From Felis catus (lineage: Eukaryota): a stretch of DNA of 64,000 nt. Positions 1-12,445 of the stretch are shown one piece after another. How positions within the stretch are numbered: the stretch's first letter is position 1; each line of letters starts with the position of its first letter. The notes under the pieces are model-generated. The model did no database searches. It was not told where the DNA came from and saw only the letters and a list, made by a program, of their open reading frames with translations. The stretch covers positions 104,160,001-104,224,000 of the forward strand of contig NC_058375.1 in the NCBI RefSeq assembly GCF_018350175.1, given 5' to 3'. Position numbers and translations under genes: made by a program.

Positions 1-3000
1 ACCCACTGGGAGGAGCCCATATGGGTGAACCTCATAGCGGTGCAGAGTGGACTCACTGCGTGGACACCGAGTCAGGAAGCACAGGGTCACAGCCATGACA
101 CAGACACAGGGGCACATGATCAGCACACAGACATGGATTCAGGGAAGGCAGGGCCAGCACGTGGATAAAGGGATGGGGGTACATAAAGAAGACAGAAATG
201 GAATGTGACGTAGACCTGGTACAAACTTTATGGTTGCACCCCCTACCCTTCGCCCCAGCTCCAATCCCTAGGGCCTAGAGCCAAGCCCTATACCTAGGAA
301 AGTAAGATGCTCAAAAGGTTCGACTTGAGTGGGATTCAGGGCAAAAAGATGGAGCAGCCCCAAGGGTTTGCATTTGGGGAAAACACTGAAACACATGGAA
401 GGAAATGGAGAAAACACAGAGTAGGGGCCTGGGGTCAGGACGGACGGGGTCCTAGTGGGGAGCCGAGCCATACCTGGAGAATAGGAGGCGGGGCTCGTAA
501 TGAATGTAGGCTGAGGTCTGGGCTGTGTTATCTTGAAGGGTCCCGTTTCTCTCCAGGCTATTGCTGTAGGGTTGGGGGAGAGGCTCACGTCCCAGCCCAC
601 TCTAAGACACCCCACTCTGGAGGAGACGAGTCACCGCTGTTTCCACCAACCCCCTCCCCCCGCAAGACTCCACAGGAGAGGCTGGGAGGAAGCTCCCCTT
701 GTTCCCACCTGGTGGCAGTCAGCCTCACGAGGACCTGGCTCAGGAGGAAAGAGCAACTAAACTCGAACTCCAGCAGAAAGGTCACCTGGAGGCAGGTGGT
801 TTGGGGTCAGGGCATGGTCCTCTTGATGGGGCCAGCACAGAAGAACAGGAGGCCTCGTGGGCCTCCTTCCCTAAACTCCCAGGACCCGCAGGTTCCAGCC
901 CCTGTTCTCTCAGAACCCCTTTCTCATCCTGGGTCCCTACTCACCTTGGCTCCAGCCTGAAAGACAGGGTGCCCCACACTGCAGAGCCGGGCATGAGGGG
1001 AAGGGGCTGTGCATTCCACCTTCACGGGGCTGTCCCTCTGAGGGCAGAGGAATGTGGCGGGGGCTGGAGCTGAAGCCGTCAAGTGTCTCCTGCCCACAGC
1101 CTCTCAACACCGAGCCTTTCTCCAGAGCCTTTTGCAGCCTAGGCCAATACCCCAATCTTCCTCCCCCTCCTTCCCCGACTCCTCCCAAATCTCCTCCCCC
1201 AGGTACCTGAGGTGTGAAACTGGCCAGGTGGAGGTTTCTAGAGAAGCTCAGGTTCAGGCTAGCGTTGTAGGCATTTTCCTTCCTGTTCTCCAGAGTTGCT
1301 GATACTAGCACTTTCTGCCGACCTCCTCGAACCACGAAAGGGTCCTTCCTAGGAGGGGTGGATAAGGGAGAGCCCAGGAGTTGAAAAGCTGCCAAAGGCA
1401 TCACTTCTACTCTTCTGGGCAAGAAACAACCCTCCAGCTCCCTTCGAGCTCCTTCTGGTCTGTCTCAGGTCACCCTGGTTTGGCCAGTTCACATCCATCC
1501 CACCTGGAGCCTCTGATGTCCATATCAGCACGAAGCACCAGGTCTGTGACACATTCATTGTCAGGGCCACAGTCCTTAGAGAAGGGAACCTAGAGGGGAG
1601 AGAAGGGGCTGAGGCCTGATAGGAAGGCAAGCAGAAAAGCATGGAATTAGGGGGAAAGGGAAAAGAAAAGAGCAGGTGCCCGGGTCAGATTTGGCTGTGA
1701 AATTAGGTCTCGGCCCTCCGTGTCTCTTGAATTCACTGAGAAGGGCAGTACTGGGACCCAGGGGCAGGGCAGGGCTTGGCATCGCTGACCAGCTTTCGTA
1801 TAGAGGTGGGTGAGCCCTCATCCAGCACAGGTCCTGGCTTCGTGGTGTTGTCCAATGCAAAGGTCACAGTCAAGGCCACTGGCCGGAGGTAATCTGAGGT
1901 ATCCTAAGGAAAATCAGAATCAAGGATTATGGGGAGCCAGGGGTTAGGGGTACAGCCCAGGCCCCCGTAAGAACGTGATTATTACAGTGATCAATTACCG
2001 AACACCTTCTATGTGCTGGGTACTGTCCTGAGGTTTTATCAGCACTATTACCTTTAATTCCAACACAACTCCCACACTGTAGTTCTTATTAGTATCTCCT
2101 CCTTTCGGGTAAGCAGGGAACCTGTGGGGTGCAGGTTATGTGACCTGCCAGAGTTCACGAGTGGTGACCGGCAGAGTGAGGCTTCAAACCCAGATCAGCC
2201 TGCCTCCAGAGTCTGAACTTCCTCACTGCCCCAGCTTCAGCTCTGGCTTTCTTGCCAGACCCGGCAGAAATTCCTCCTCCAGCCAGCCTGCCCCTCACTC
2301 CCAGGCCCCGACACAGAGCCAACTAGACAACTAGACAACTCTTAACAAGAACCCGTATGTGCGTTAATCTGCTCAAGAACCTGCACTTGTGTTATTCGGA
2401 TCAAGAACCTATATGTGTATTTTGTTTGAGGCACCTGCCTCAGTATTATACACGGTGTTTGCTATGGATGCGTCCCAATTATTTATTTTACCTCTGCTTA
2501 GAGCCTTTGTGTTGCCTTCCCCACCACCTGACTCCCTCTCTCCCAAAGCCAGTGTCCTCTTGAACAGTTTCCAGATTTCCGTAGCCATACCAAAGCCGGG
2601 ATGTTTTCATTTGTTTGGATGCCAGTATTTATGGATNNNNNNNNNNNNNNNNNNNNNNNNNNNNNNNNNNNNNNNNNNNNNNNNNNNNNNNNNNNNNNNN
2701 NNNNNNNNNNNNNNNNNNNNNNNNNNNNNNNNNNNNNNNNNNNNNNNNNNNNNNNNNNNNNNNNNNNNNNNNNNNNNNNNNNNNNNNNNNNNNNNNNNNN
2801 NNNNNNNNNNNNNNNNNNNNNNNNNNNNNNNNNNNNNNNNNNNNNNNNNNNNNNNAAGATCCCAGAGGCTGATCTGCAAATCAAGCTATTTGTCTTTGTG
2901 TGTGAGACCCTGTATTCAGGGTTGGGTGACTTTTCTAAGAGAAATACTGGGAGTGGGGAGGGGGTTGGTGGCATTTTTTTTTTAACCTACCTTGGGGTAG

Positions 3001-3919
3001 CGGGGGAAATCCTATTTTTTACAATATTTTTGTTTTTCTATTAACCTTTCCTTTTATCCTTGAATTTTTACTAAATTTCCTCCTGACTTAAAAATCTTGT
3101 TTCTAATTTGGGAATTTGAAATCTTGGTACTTAATGTTATGCCATTTTTTCCAAAGAGTTCAAACCACTTTAATACCAGAACATGGTAAAATATTTGCAG
3201 AGTCTGTCCTGTCTTCCTGCCCGTCCTCACCAGCACGTGGAAGCGCAGCTGCTCACAAGTGACGTTCCCAACACTGAGCCGGAGCCTCCGAGGGGACAGC
3301 CTCTGGCCTGAGCCGTCAAACACAGCACGAGCCCCTGTGGTCCACTCGTCCAGTGACGCTGTGAACCGCAAATCTGGATGGGGCAGGCAGGAGCGAGGGT
3401 GGAGAGGGGTCCAGGGACCAAGGCAGGTGGGCTTAAGGGTTACTTAGGACGCTCCGGTCACTCACAGAATCGGCGATCCCAGTGGCCAGGGGTGCGAGAG
3501 GTCACTCGGAAGCAAAGGGCTGCAGACAGGCAGGCTGCCTCCTGGCCTCGCCGGCTGCAGTCCCTCTGAACCACACTGATGGCCGGAGGGGTCACCTCCA
3601 GGGAAGGGGCCAGGTGGACAATGGGCCGGGAGCTGGGATCAAGAAATTCTAGCAGTAAGAGGAAAGCCCTTGGAGAAAGGTGATCCTCAGTGCTTGCCTC
3701 CCAGAGGTCAAAGGAAAGAATGAGAGGCTAGATGTACACGTGTCACCTCCCCGCCGGACCCTTCAGGCAGAAAGATAATAGCTAACACTGAATAAGCACT
3801 TGCCATGTGCTAGGCACTGTGTTAAGATCTTTCGTGATTATTGCACTTAACTTTCACAACAAACCTATGAGGTAGATTCTGTTATTATTCCCGTTTAAAA
3901 AATTTTTTTAATGTTTATT

Positions 3920-3956
<37 letters not shown>

Positions 3957-6798
3957 AAGCATGAGTGGGGGAGGAGCAGAGAGAGAGGGAGACACAGAAT
4001 CTGAAGCAGCTCCAGGCTCCGAGCTGTCAGCACAGAGCCCGATGCGGGGCTCAAACTCACGAACCGTGAGATCAGAACCTGAGCCCAAGTCGGTTGCTTA
4101 ACCGACCGAGCCACCCAGGCGCCCCCACAAGCCTTTGCTTTTATCAGTTAGGTTATGCTGTCCACAGCCTCCTGAGCTAGGACTGCTCACCTAAGCAAAA
4201 CGGCTGCCCCTTGGGCACCCACAGCCACATCTACCAGGTCATCTCCATCCAGATCCAGCCGGCCATCCACACTCCGGCCGAAGTAGCTGAGGGCCTGTGG
4301 CATGGAGATAGCAGCAATCCTCTGAGAGGAAGAGAGGGGAGACTGAGCAGGGACTCTCACGCCTGGTGACCCCGGCCGCCCACCCGGCACACAACAAGCG
4401 GTAAGAGAATAAGAAGGAATAAGAGACACTAGTCTGTACTTAGGAGTCCCTAGTACAGCAACCTGTACCCTACCCTACCACCTCACCTTTTTGACTACTG
4501 ATAAAAAAGCACTTGTCCAGTTTGGGTCTCAAGGCCAGGGAAACAACGACGAACAAGGAGCACACCCCCCTTCTCCTTCCTCCCACCCGTGCCCCTGCTT
4601 TCTCTGCACGCTCCTGACCTGGGCGGGACGGGGCCTGATCCCACTCTGGGCGCCGTGATACAGGTACAGTGCTCCATGGTGCCCGTCCTCCAGGGGCGCC
4701 CCCACAGCCACATCAGCAAAACCATCTTGGTTCAGATCAGGAAGGGCACCCATGGCAAAGCCAAACCGAGCATCCTGGGGGGGTTCTGGCTGAAGTGTTC
4801 CCTGGAGTGTCAGCAAAGACTGCTGGCAGAGGGGAGAAGACAGAAGACGCTGATCTGGTGGCCCCAACCTCCCAGCCAGCCCGTGAACATACGTGCCTTC
4901 CCTCCCTCCTTCCCTCCACCGCCCCCACCACAGACCCCAGCAAGTCTCACCTGACCCACCAGATACACATAAACACGGCCTGTCTCCTTGTTCTGGGGTC
5001 CCAGGAACATGGGGGCAGCCACAAGTAAGACATTGGTTGTTCCATCCCCGTCCGTATCCAATGGACAGAGCTCACTGCCAAAGTAGGAGCCAATCTGGGG
5101 AGTGGCGGGGAGCGGTGACCCCAGGGAAAAAGGAAGGTGATTGTGGACAAGTGAGAAGCATTGGCCAGCCTGCCAGCGTGGTTCTCACACCCCTGACAGA
5201 CTCCGCCAACCAGAACTCAGCAAAGATTTTTCAGGATCCTCTCTTGGTCCTTCCCATTCCTCCCCCACAGCCTGAAGGCCCCTCAGGATCCAAGCGTCCC
5301 ACCTTCTCTTGGATGCCCTACCTGCTCCCCCTGGAGGCTCTGGGCAACCCTCACAGCCCCATCTCTCTTAAGCTGGAAGGCGATGACCTTTCCTCTATGT
5401 CTAAACCGAGGAGCCCCTGAGAGAAAGAGGCGGCGTCCACCCCGCAAAAGCATGGAGGAAACAGAGTAACCTAGAAGTGGGCAGGGAATCGGGTGAAAGG
5501 GAAAAAAGATGGGGTCAGAGTAGGAGGGGTCCCTAAAGGCACAGGACGAGGTCCCAAGGAAAGTAGCAGATTGGTGAGAAACTGCTCTCATACCCCCCAC
5601 TGGGGAAACAGTTCCTCCTCACCCCCTAATTCCCTGCAACCCTCTGCTACTTACCTAAGTAGGCTGCATGGTTCTGCAAAGCAGGGGGGAACTCATCTTC
5701 CAGGGCCGTCCGTGGGGGGAAAAGGCGGTGACCTTCCTCAAGCCATAACACAGAGCCCCCCCAGTCATAGGCCCCCACCATTCCAAAGAGAATCCCATCC
5801 TGTATGGCAGAAACAGATGGGGTCGCTTGAAAAGACAACAGGAAATAAAGAGTAAAAACTCCAGGAGTGAGAGGGTCACTAAGACTATGCTGGGGGCAGT
5901 TGGAAGGCATGGGAAGGTCGGCATGGACATTGGTTAAAGGAAGAATCTAGAAGAGCTCTGGGTTGAAGTTGCCTGAGTCTGAGGTGGAGAGGAGTCAGAT
6001 GTTGAGAGGGGTCAGAGTCTGTCCAACCTTCAACCGATGAGTAGAGAAACCAATCTGAGACATTTCCAGCCCAAAAGAGCTTTCGTTTTCTCCACGGGAC
6101 CCTTGAGCATGAGAAAATATCAAGGCAATATCAGGAAAGACATTTCCTTGACTCACTGAACTCACTCCAGAACCCTGCCTACACCCAGAACTCCTCCCTA
6201 CCCTGTCCCCCATTTCTTCAGGGAAGTCATTACCCTCAAGCCCAAAAATCCGGTCTCCCAGCGCGTCCACAATGTCCGTCAGTACAGCTTCATCTGTGAC
6301 GTTGAAGAAGAATCTCTCATCTGGATCACTGGCAATAGTTCTGATTTCCCGCAGGAAAGAGCTGGGGTCTCGCTGTCTCCGGAGGTAGTGGCCAAGGACC
6401 TGGGGTCAGGAGAGCAAGGTGGGGTCAGCTAGCTGTGGGGAGTGAGGTGTTACAGCTGGTACACAACACAGCCGACTAGAGTGAAAGAAGGGAAAAGAAG
6501 AGGCTGGCCTTTGGGGAGTCATTAATGCCTATCTTCTTGAAGTTCCCCGTCCTCGGTGTCACCATCCCCCCTCCATCCTTCCAGATCTGGAGTAGATTCT
6601 CACCGCAATCCCATAGCGGGTCACTCTCCCAGCCTCACAAGCCTTTAGGGCTGCAGGAAGTTCCTCTCCATCATGTGACTCTCCGTCAGTGACAACAACC
6701 AGCAGCCTAGCCGCCTCTGGCCGGCCCCCGCGGGATGGACTGAATCCTTCTGTGCTGAGAAGAGAGAGAAGAGAGTGAGGTGTGATCACGTGTATGCA

Positions 6799-6844
<46 letters not shown>

Positions 6845-9800
6845 ACTGTCAGCAGTTCACTGAGGTCAGGCATCTTGCCTTTTAGTTCACCTCCCTGACA
6901 GTGGAGACTGGCACACAGGAAGGGCTAAAATGTTTGAATGTCATAGAGCATGGGCAGCAGCATATCCTCAATGCAAATAAGTATAAATGCCATTCGTTCA
7001 TAGATTCATTCAGCAAAAGTTACATTTGGGAGAGGACAAATATCCAGAGAATGTGGAATAAAGGAGGGTGGTCAGGACAGGGAAGTCTTCCCAGAGATGA
7101 GTTCTGAATCATGTTTGGCAAGTGGGCAAGGACATAAGTGGTGGAGAGTCTGAGGGCCAAGATCAAAGCGGGAGGGCAGGGATAGAGAGAGTTCTGTCTA
7201 CGGAGATAAATAACATAAATCAGGGATGTGGAAAGACACAGACGTACACTTTGAAGAGAGTGACGAGAAGGGTATGCAGTGACGGCCAGCTTAGCCTTCC
7301 CCAAAAGTGCACACAAAGAAAATCATGCAAGACATTTTGGGATGGACACAGTGGACTCCAAACCCTCCCCTAACCTTTCTAGGCCCTCCCCACTTTGGCC
7401 TCCCAGGCTCCCCTTCCCAATGCCTCACCAGGCCACCAGGATTGCTTGGGCGGTCTTTGTTTCTCGTCCCTCTCGCCGACTCAGGTTCCTGGCTGCCCTC
7501 ACCACTTCCTCCTTGGTTCGGAAATCTCCCAGGGACCACTCGTGCACAGGGCTCTCCCCATACTGTACCAGTCCCACCTGAGAATAAAGCGTGCACTCAT
7601 ATGGAATGTGTGTGCTGAGGGAAAAGATAATATGTGGGGGCAGGGAGATGGGCATTTGGATACTACTGAAGACACTACCTACATTTACCTCCTTCTCTCC
7701 CCGTCTCTCCCTGTCCAAGCCCATCCACATTGCCTTCTCTTACCTGTATCTGCTCCGGGTCAATAAACAGTCTCCCTACCAGTCTTCGTAGGAAAGTCTG
7801 AACTTCAGACCAGGGGTAGATACTGTTGGAGCCATCCAAGACGATGACAACATCCATGTAGGTGGGACAGCCTAGGAAGAGGGGTATGCTGATGGGGAAC
7901 AGAGGGGTAGAAGGATATGGGGCACGCAGGCAACAAGGGAAGAAGTCACAGGAGGGCACGTTCCATTCAAACAATTATTTGGCCCTTCCAAACTTGCAAG
8001 GAAGATAGTATACCAGGCCCTGGGTAAATGCAGAAATGAATAAAAGAGGACACAGGCATACATACAACTTACTAAAAGAAGAAGAAGAAGTAGAAAAAGA
8101 AGGAGGGAGAGGGGGGAGGAGGAGAAGAAAGGGAGAAGAAGAAGGAGAAGAAAGAGGGGGAGGGAGAGAAGGAGGGGAATTAAGTGCTAGGTAGAAACAG
8201 AGCACCACTCTATGCTTTGGGAGAAGAAGAGGTCAGTTCTGATTGTGGGGAATCAAAGACATAAGCAATAGAAAGATGTTTGAGGAGAGGAGAGCATTTG
8301 CCTGGAGAACACTTTAAAAGGACAGGAGGTATAAAAATAGATGACAAATAGAATGAGGAGGGAAATGCTCTGGCAAAGGCATAGGGTGTGGAGGGTATAG
8401 TGAGAGGGATTTTTTGACGTTGGTTAGATCAGTTCATGGAGTCTTGATGCCCTGGCAAAGAGTCTGAACTCTTTTTTTTTTTTTTTCAATGTGTATTTTT
8501 AAGAGAGAGAGAGAGAGACACAGAGTGTGAGCAGGGAAGGGGGAGACAGAGAGGGAGACACAGAATCCGAAGCAAGGCTCCAGGCTGTGGGCTGTCAGCA
8601 CAGAGCCCCACACGGGGCTCGAACCCACTGGCTGTGAGATCATGACCTGAGCCGAAGTTGGACGCCCAACCGACTGAGCCACCCAGGCGCCCCCTGAATT
8701 CTAATCTATTAGGAAACATGGAGCTTTAGGCACATTAGGTAGCAACGAGGAAAGCGATGCAGGCCCCCTGTCCAGCATCAAACCGTGTTGACCCATCTTT
8801 TTCCCACCCTGCACCCAGTTCTGGGGACTGGGTCCTTCGGGCCCTTCTTCTGGCTCACGTTGTGCAGTGGGTGCCAGGCTTCCCTGGGGCCGGAACGAAG
8901 CATCCACATGGGCACATATCCCAGAGCTGAAGACAGAGGAGCCACAAGCACGAGACCAGAGAGGGGCACAAGCCTGGGGAGAGTTGGGAGAAATATTACT
9001 CCCAGGCTTGGGAGTGCTCTCTCAGCACACACTCCTAGTCAAAGGAGGCGCTGAAACCACTCCCTGGGATTCCCCTCCTTGCTTTCTAGGGTTTTAAACC
9101 TCTTGACCCCTCCAGATAGACTAGGTCCCCTTACCATACTGCTCTTTTCTCTGCCACATCCTTCAGAGACCCCACCACCACCCTTTCGTTAGCTCACCAT
9201 GAATCCCCCATCATTGTCTGTCTCTAGTAGAGACATTCCGAGGTGCATATTCATAGCAGGATGAGATGAATTTCCCAGTGGATAGTCACCTGGTTGCAAG
9301 GGGGTGGAAGAGAATGAGACCATGGGGTCACACATGGGGTGCTTGGGTTTAGGGTGATTAGGAGAGAGGATGAGATCAGGATCAAGTCAAAGATAGGGAG
9401 TGTGTGGGATATGGGGGTAGGGTGAGGTATAAGGGGTCAAAGCTATTAGTGTAGCAGGTTAGGGGGTAGGAGTAGAAGAGCGAGGCATCTTCTTACCCAA
9501 GTGGCCCTTGGCACATGGGGCACTGTGGGAGCCCCCTATGGGGCAGCGATAAACGTCCCCCCTTCTGTCGCCTGAAGGCCCATCCCAGGGGGCACCCACC
9601 AGCATCCTGGGAGGAGGACACGAGTATCAGGATTGTGTGAACATGACCTTTGAGACAGGCTGGAGGGAAAATGCATGGGTGTAGCAAGCCTGGATCCCCA
9701 GCCACTTCTAACAGTGGCCTTGCCATCCGCCTTGCCTCCCCTTTAAGAGCTCTACCACGGTCCCAAACCCACGGCCCTCTGGTTTCTTCCTCACCATCGA

Positions 9801-11585
9801 CGTCCACCCCCAACATGTTGCAAGACACTGTATCCAAATTCAGCCTCGGGTGGCCCTGAGAACAGGCGTGGGCGGTGTACATCCAGGTTAAAGGGGGAGC
9901 ATAGACCTGGGGTGGGGGGCGACAGAAGCAGTCAGAGTGGTTAATGAATGCCCGGAGAGGCACAACCAGAAAGAAGCGCAAAGGGAATACTTATATCTCA
10001 GTCTATATCCCTGTTTCTTACTCAGAAGTTGTCCTGGCCTCTGTCAACATCATGTACTCAGAACTCCAAGCAAGGATGGTCTCCTTCCAGTATTTGGGTC
10101 CAGATGTCTAACCTGTGGCCCTCTGCCATGCTGGTGCACAGCTGTATTTCCATTCCCACCTCTGAAATCTCATTCACAGACATGTCTGGAAGGGTCAAGT
10201 TCCTCTTTTCCACATCATTCCCCCTACACATCCTCCCCCACAAGCTGTAAGAGTCAAAGAGGGAGAGGGCCTTTCTGAAGCCCAGAACAACTATGCCTTC
10301 CAGATTCTCCCCAAACCCAGGACTTCAGGGAGGACAAGAGGAGGCTAGGGAGTACTGCATGGCTAGGTCTCTCCTCTTTCTGTCTCTTTCTGACTCCCAG
10401 TGTCGTTGCCACACTCTCACTCTCTTTCTCCAGCGTCTAGGTCTCTGCTTGATTCCAGTTCTGAAAACCTCAGTGGTAATTAACTGGGTGGGGCTACTCG
10501 ACTGCCCACACGTATGGTTTGCCATCCATCCTCACCAAGAGACCCGTCACCCCAAAGTTTCCCACAGCCCGCTTCTTTTCTAACTCACCCCCCCCAACTG
10601 CCCCCCTGCATACCTGTATTTCTTAAATTTCAGCCCACTCTAAAGACCCTCCCCTGACTCATATCCTGGCTGATTCTTCCCTGCAACCCCAATCCCTTTA
10701 AAATCAGAGCTAGAATGGGGTGCCTGACTGGCTCAGTCAATAGAGCATGCTACTCTTGATCTCAGGGTCGTGAGTTCAAGCCTCCCATTGGGCTCAGAGT
10801 TTACTTAAAAATAAAATAAAATAAATTTAAAGAAATCAGAGGTGGTATTTTAGGAAACAAAGATTACAGGGCACTGGTGAGGAAAAATTCCAGGCCTACA
10901 GTCCCTCCCATGGTCCTTCCCTGACTAGGTCTTGCTCTTTCCTTTCAAGCAACCCCCTCAGGCCACCCCTATCACCCCCACCACCCATGGCTGTAAGCTC
11001 TGTCTCAAACCATGCTCCTTTTCAGAAAGGTGTTTTCTATGTGAGGTTTTTTTGTTTTTTTGTTTTTTTTGTGTTTTTGCATCCAGGAAACTGGCAGAGC
11101 CATATGACCAGCAACTAATTCACTGGTTAGATAAACCAAGAGTTCTGACCACACATTTATGCCTCAGGCTCCAGAGACCACCACGGGTAGAAGGAGGTTG
11201 GCAGGAGGATAATAAGAATCGGATTAGCCACGTGGAAGGTCACATCATATTTCTTTTGGGACCACTTACTCTTGCAGGGCTTAAATATTTTAGCCAACTG
11301 GACCCAGAGCTGACACAAGGCCCTGCCAGTCTCAATACCAAAGCACTCATAATGTGTGGGCCTAAGAAGGAATGCCCCCGCCCGCCACCACCACATACAC
11401 ATACACACACGAAATGCAGAATGTGTTAACCTCTCACCCTAGCCCCCAAAGATGTCAGCTCCAAAGGTCCCAATGCCAAACAACCCATACACCTTCCACT
11501 TCCACTGGAAACCAAGAAGTTAACCTCCCTCACCTGTCAGGAACATCACGGGCAAGAGCAGGTGAAGGATGTCGGGGAGTCCCAT
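1..11585 (-). CDS. ITGA10: Integrin alpha-10, coding exons 1-24 (3' end runs off the window)
   Basis: Exons (minus strand, all GT-AG): 11534-11585, 9795-9906, 9497-9606, 9198-9289, 8859-8973, 7744-7871, 7429-7577, 6604-6754, 6234-6399, 6028-6101, 5655-5799, 5322-5470, 4951-5094, 4619-4822, 4191-4321, 3466-3632, 3231-3373, 1790-1903, 1504-1589, 1207-1348, 945-1037, 709-785, 474-563, 1-55 (partial). Total 2889 nt in frame. Signal peptide [23 protein letters not shown] repeats, I-domain MIDAS DGSNS and VVVTDGES, Ca-binding DxDxDG motifs. Confidence 0.97.
2637..2855. other. Assembly gap (others: 16209-16380, 30667-30902, 39534-39671, 48091-48221, 50119-50258)
   Basis: Runs of N. Confidence 0.99.
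3899..4125 (-). mobile_element. CAN-SINE (felid SINEC type) in ITGA10 intron 15
   Basis: GGGGCGCCTGGGTGGCTC head, (CT)n and A-rich tail on the minus strand; abuts a MIR at about 3780-3895. Confidence 0.9.
6801..6842. repeat. (CA)21 microsatellite in ITGA10 intron 7
   Basis: Read directly. Confidence 0.95.
8473..8693 (-). mobile_element. CAN-SINE in ITGA10 intron 5
   Basis: Full head, body and tail; TSD-like CTGAACTCT / CTGAATTCT. Confidence 0.9.
10717..10830 (+). mobile_element. Short tRNA-derived CAN-SINE (older subtype)
   Basis: A box TGGCTCAGT, B box GTTCAAGCC, A-rich tail. Confidence 0.8.
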
Positions 11586-12439
11586 GCCTGGTTGTTCTCC
11601 GTGTGAGAAGTCCTCTGTGCCTCTGTCCCTCTCCTTTTCTGTTTTCTTTACTTTCCCTCCCATCCTGCCCCCTCCCACTGGCAGCTAAAAATAAAATTGG
11701 AAGGAATGGGAGGAGTGATGGTGGGGAACTCCGGGGAGCCCCAGACCAAGGAAAGGACCGAGCCATCTCAGCCTATTTCTCTGCCCTGGTGCTGCCCCCT
11801 GGAGGCATCGTGTCACTATCCAAAGAACACAATTCTGGACTTTCTGCCCTTTATTTTTCTTCCTTTTTCTTCTATCCTTTGTGGTTGCCAGGCAGTAATG
11901 TTTCCCTCGGGTTTGGAATAGACAGTACGCATGGGAGGCAGATACTTTTTACTTCTTAACCTTATTTATCTCACCCCGGGAAATGGAAAATGAGAGAACT
12001 GGTAACAGCGATATCGTTTCCCCTCCCACCCAGGAGTCCCAACATGTGAACACAGCCAGCCCACAAACCAAACCTTGCCAGTCTCACTGTTTGTGACTCA
12101 GCCTATGTTGCCTTGTGGCCTCACAGCTTTCGGAGGGACCAGGAACTATGAACCGGTACGGGGTGTGCTTTGTGGAACTGGCACAATTACTTTAATATTA
12201 GACCCCCTCTTCTCAACGAGGCTATAAACTTCTAAAGCTGGGACCGTGAAGTCTCCGAGCTTTCTGGAGCTCTATCCCTTAGTATATTATGCCCCGCATC
12301 GTGTAGGTGTTCAGTGAAAGTCTAGGTGAGGATGCCAGTGGCTAATCCCACGGAAAACCCAAACCACAGGAACAGGAATTAGAGGCCTCAGACGACAGAA
12401 CACACAGGACCAGACCAAACATCGATGAGCAAACTGATC

Positions 12440-12445
12440 TTTAAT
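12440..12445 (-). terminator. Probable PEX11B polyadenylation signal (ATTAAA)
   Basis: ATTAAA on the minus strand about 810 nt after the stop, followed by GT-rich downstream sequence. Confidence 0.6.

Noticed and set aside
307-960. 217-aa plus-strand ORF and similar ORFs antisense to ITGA10
   Set aside because: They cross exon/intron boundaries in GC-rich sequence and show no domain similarity; likely chance or shadow ORFs.
2346-2429. CRISPR-like reading of the CAAGAACC periodicity
   Set aside because: Only 8 bp are constant, the units are mutually similar, and the context is eukaryotic; this is a degenerate tandem repeat.
2389-3044. ORFs containing X runs (also at the 16209, 30667, 39534 and 50119 gaps)
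   Set aside because: Artefacts of translating N-gaps.
8434-8719. Recurrent short ORFs such as MAQSV...SAQVMIS
   Set aside because: Translations of CAN-SINE bodies.
10717-10830. tRNA-Lys-like sequences (also 14156, 34290, 44960, 47699)
   Set aside because: They have degenerate stems, a SINE head and A-rich tails, so they are short CAN-SINEs rather than tRNA genes.
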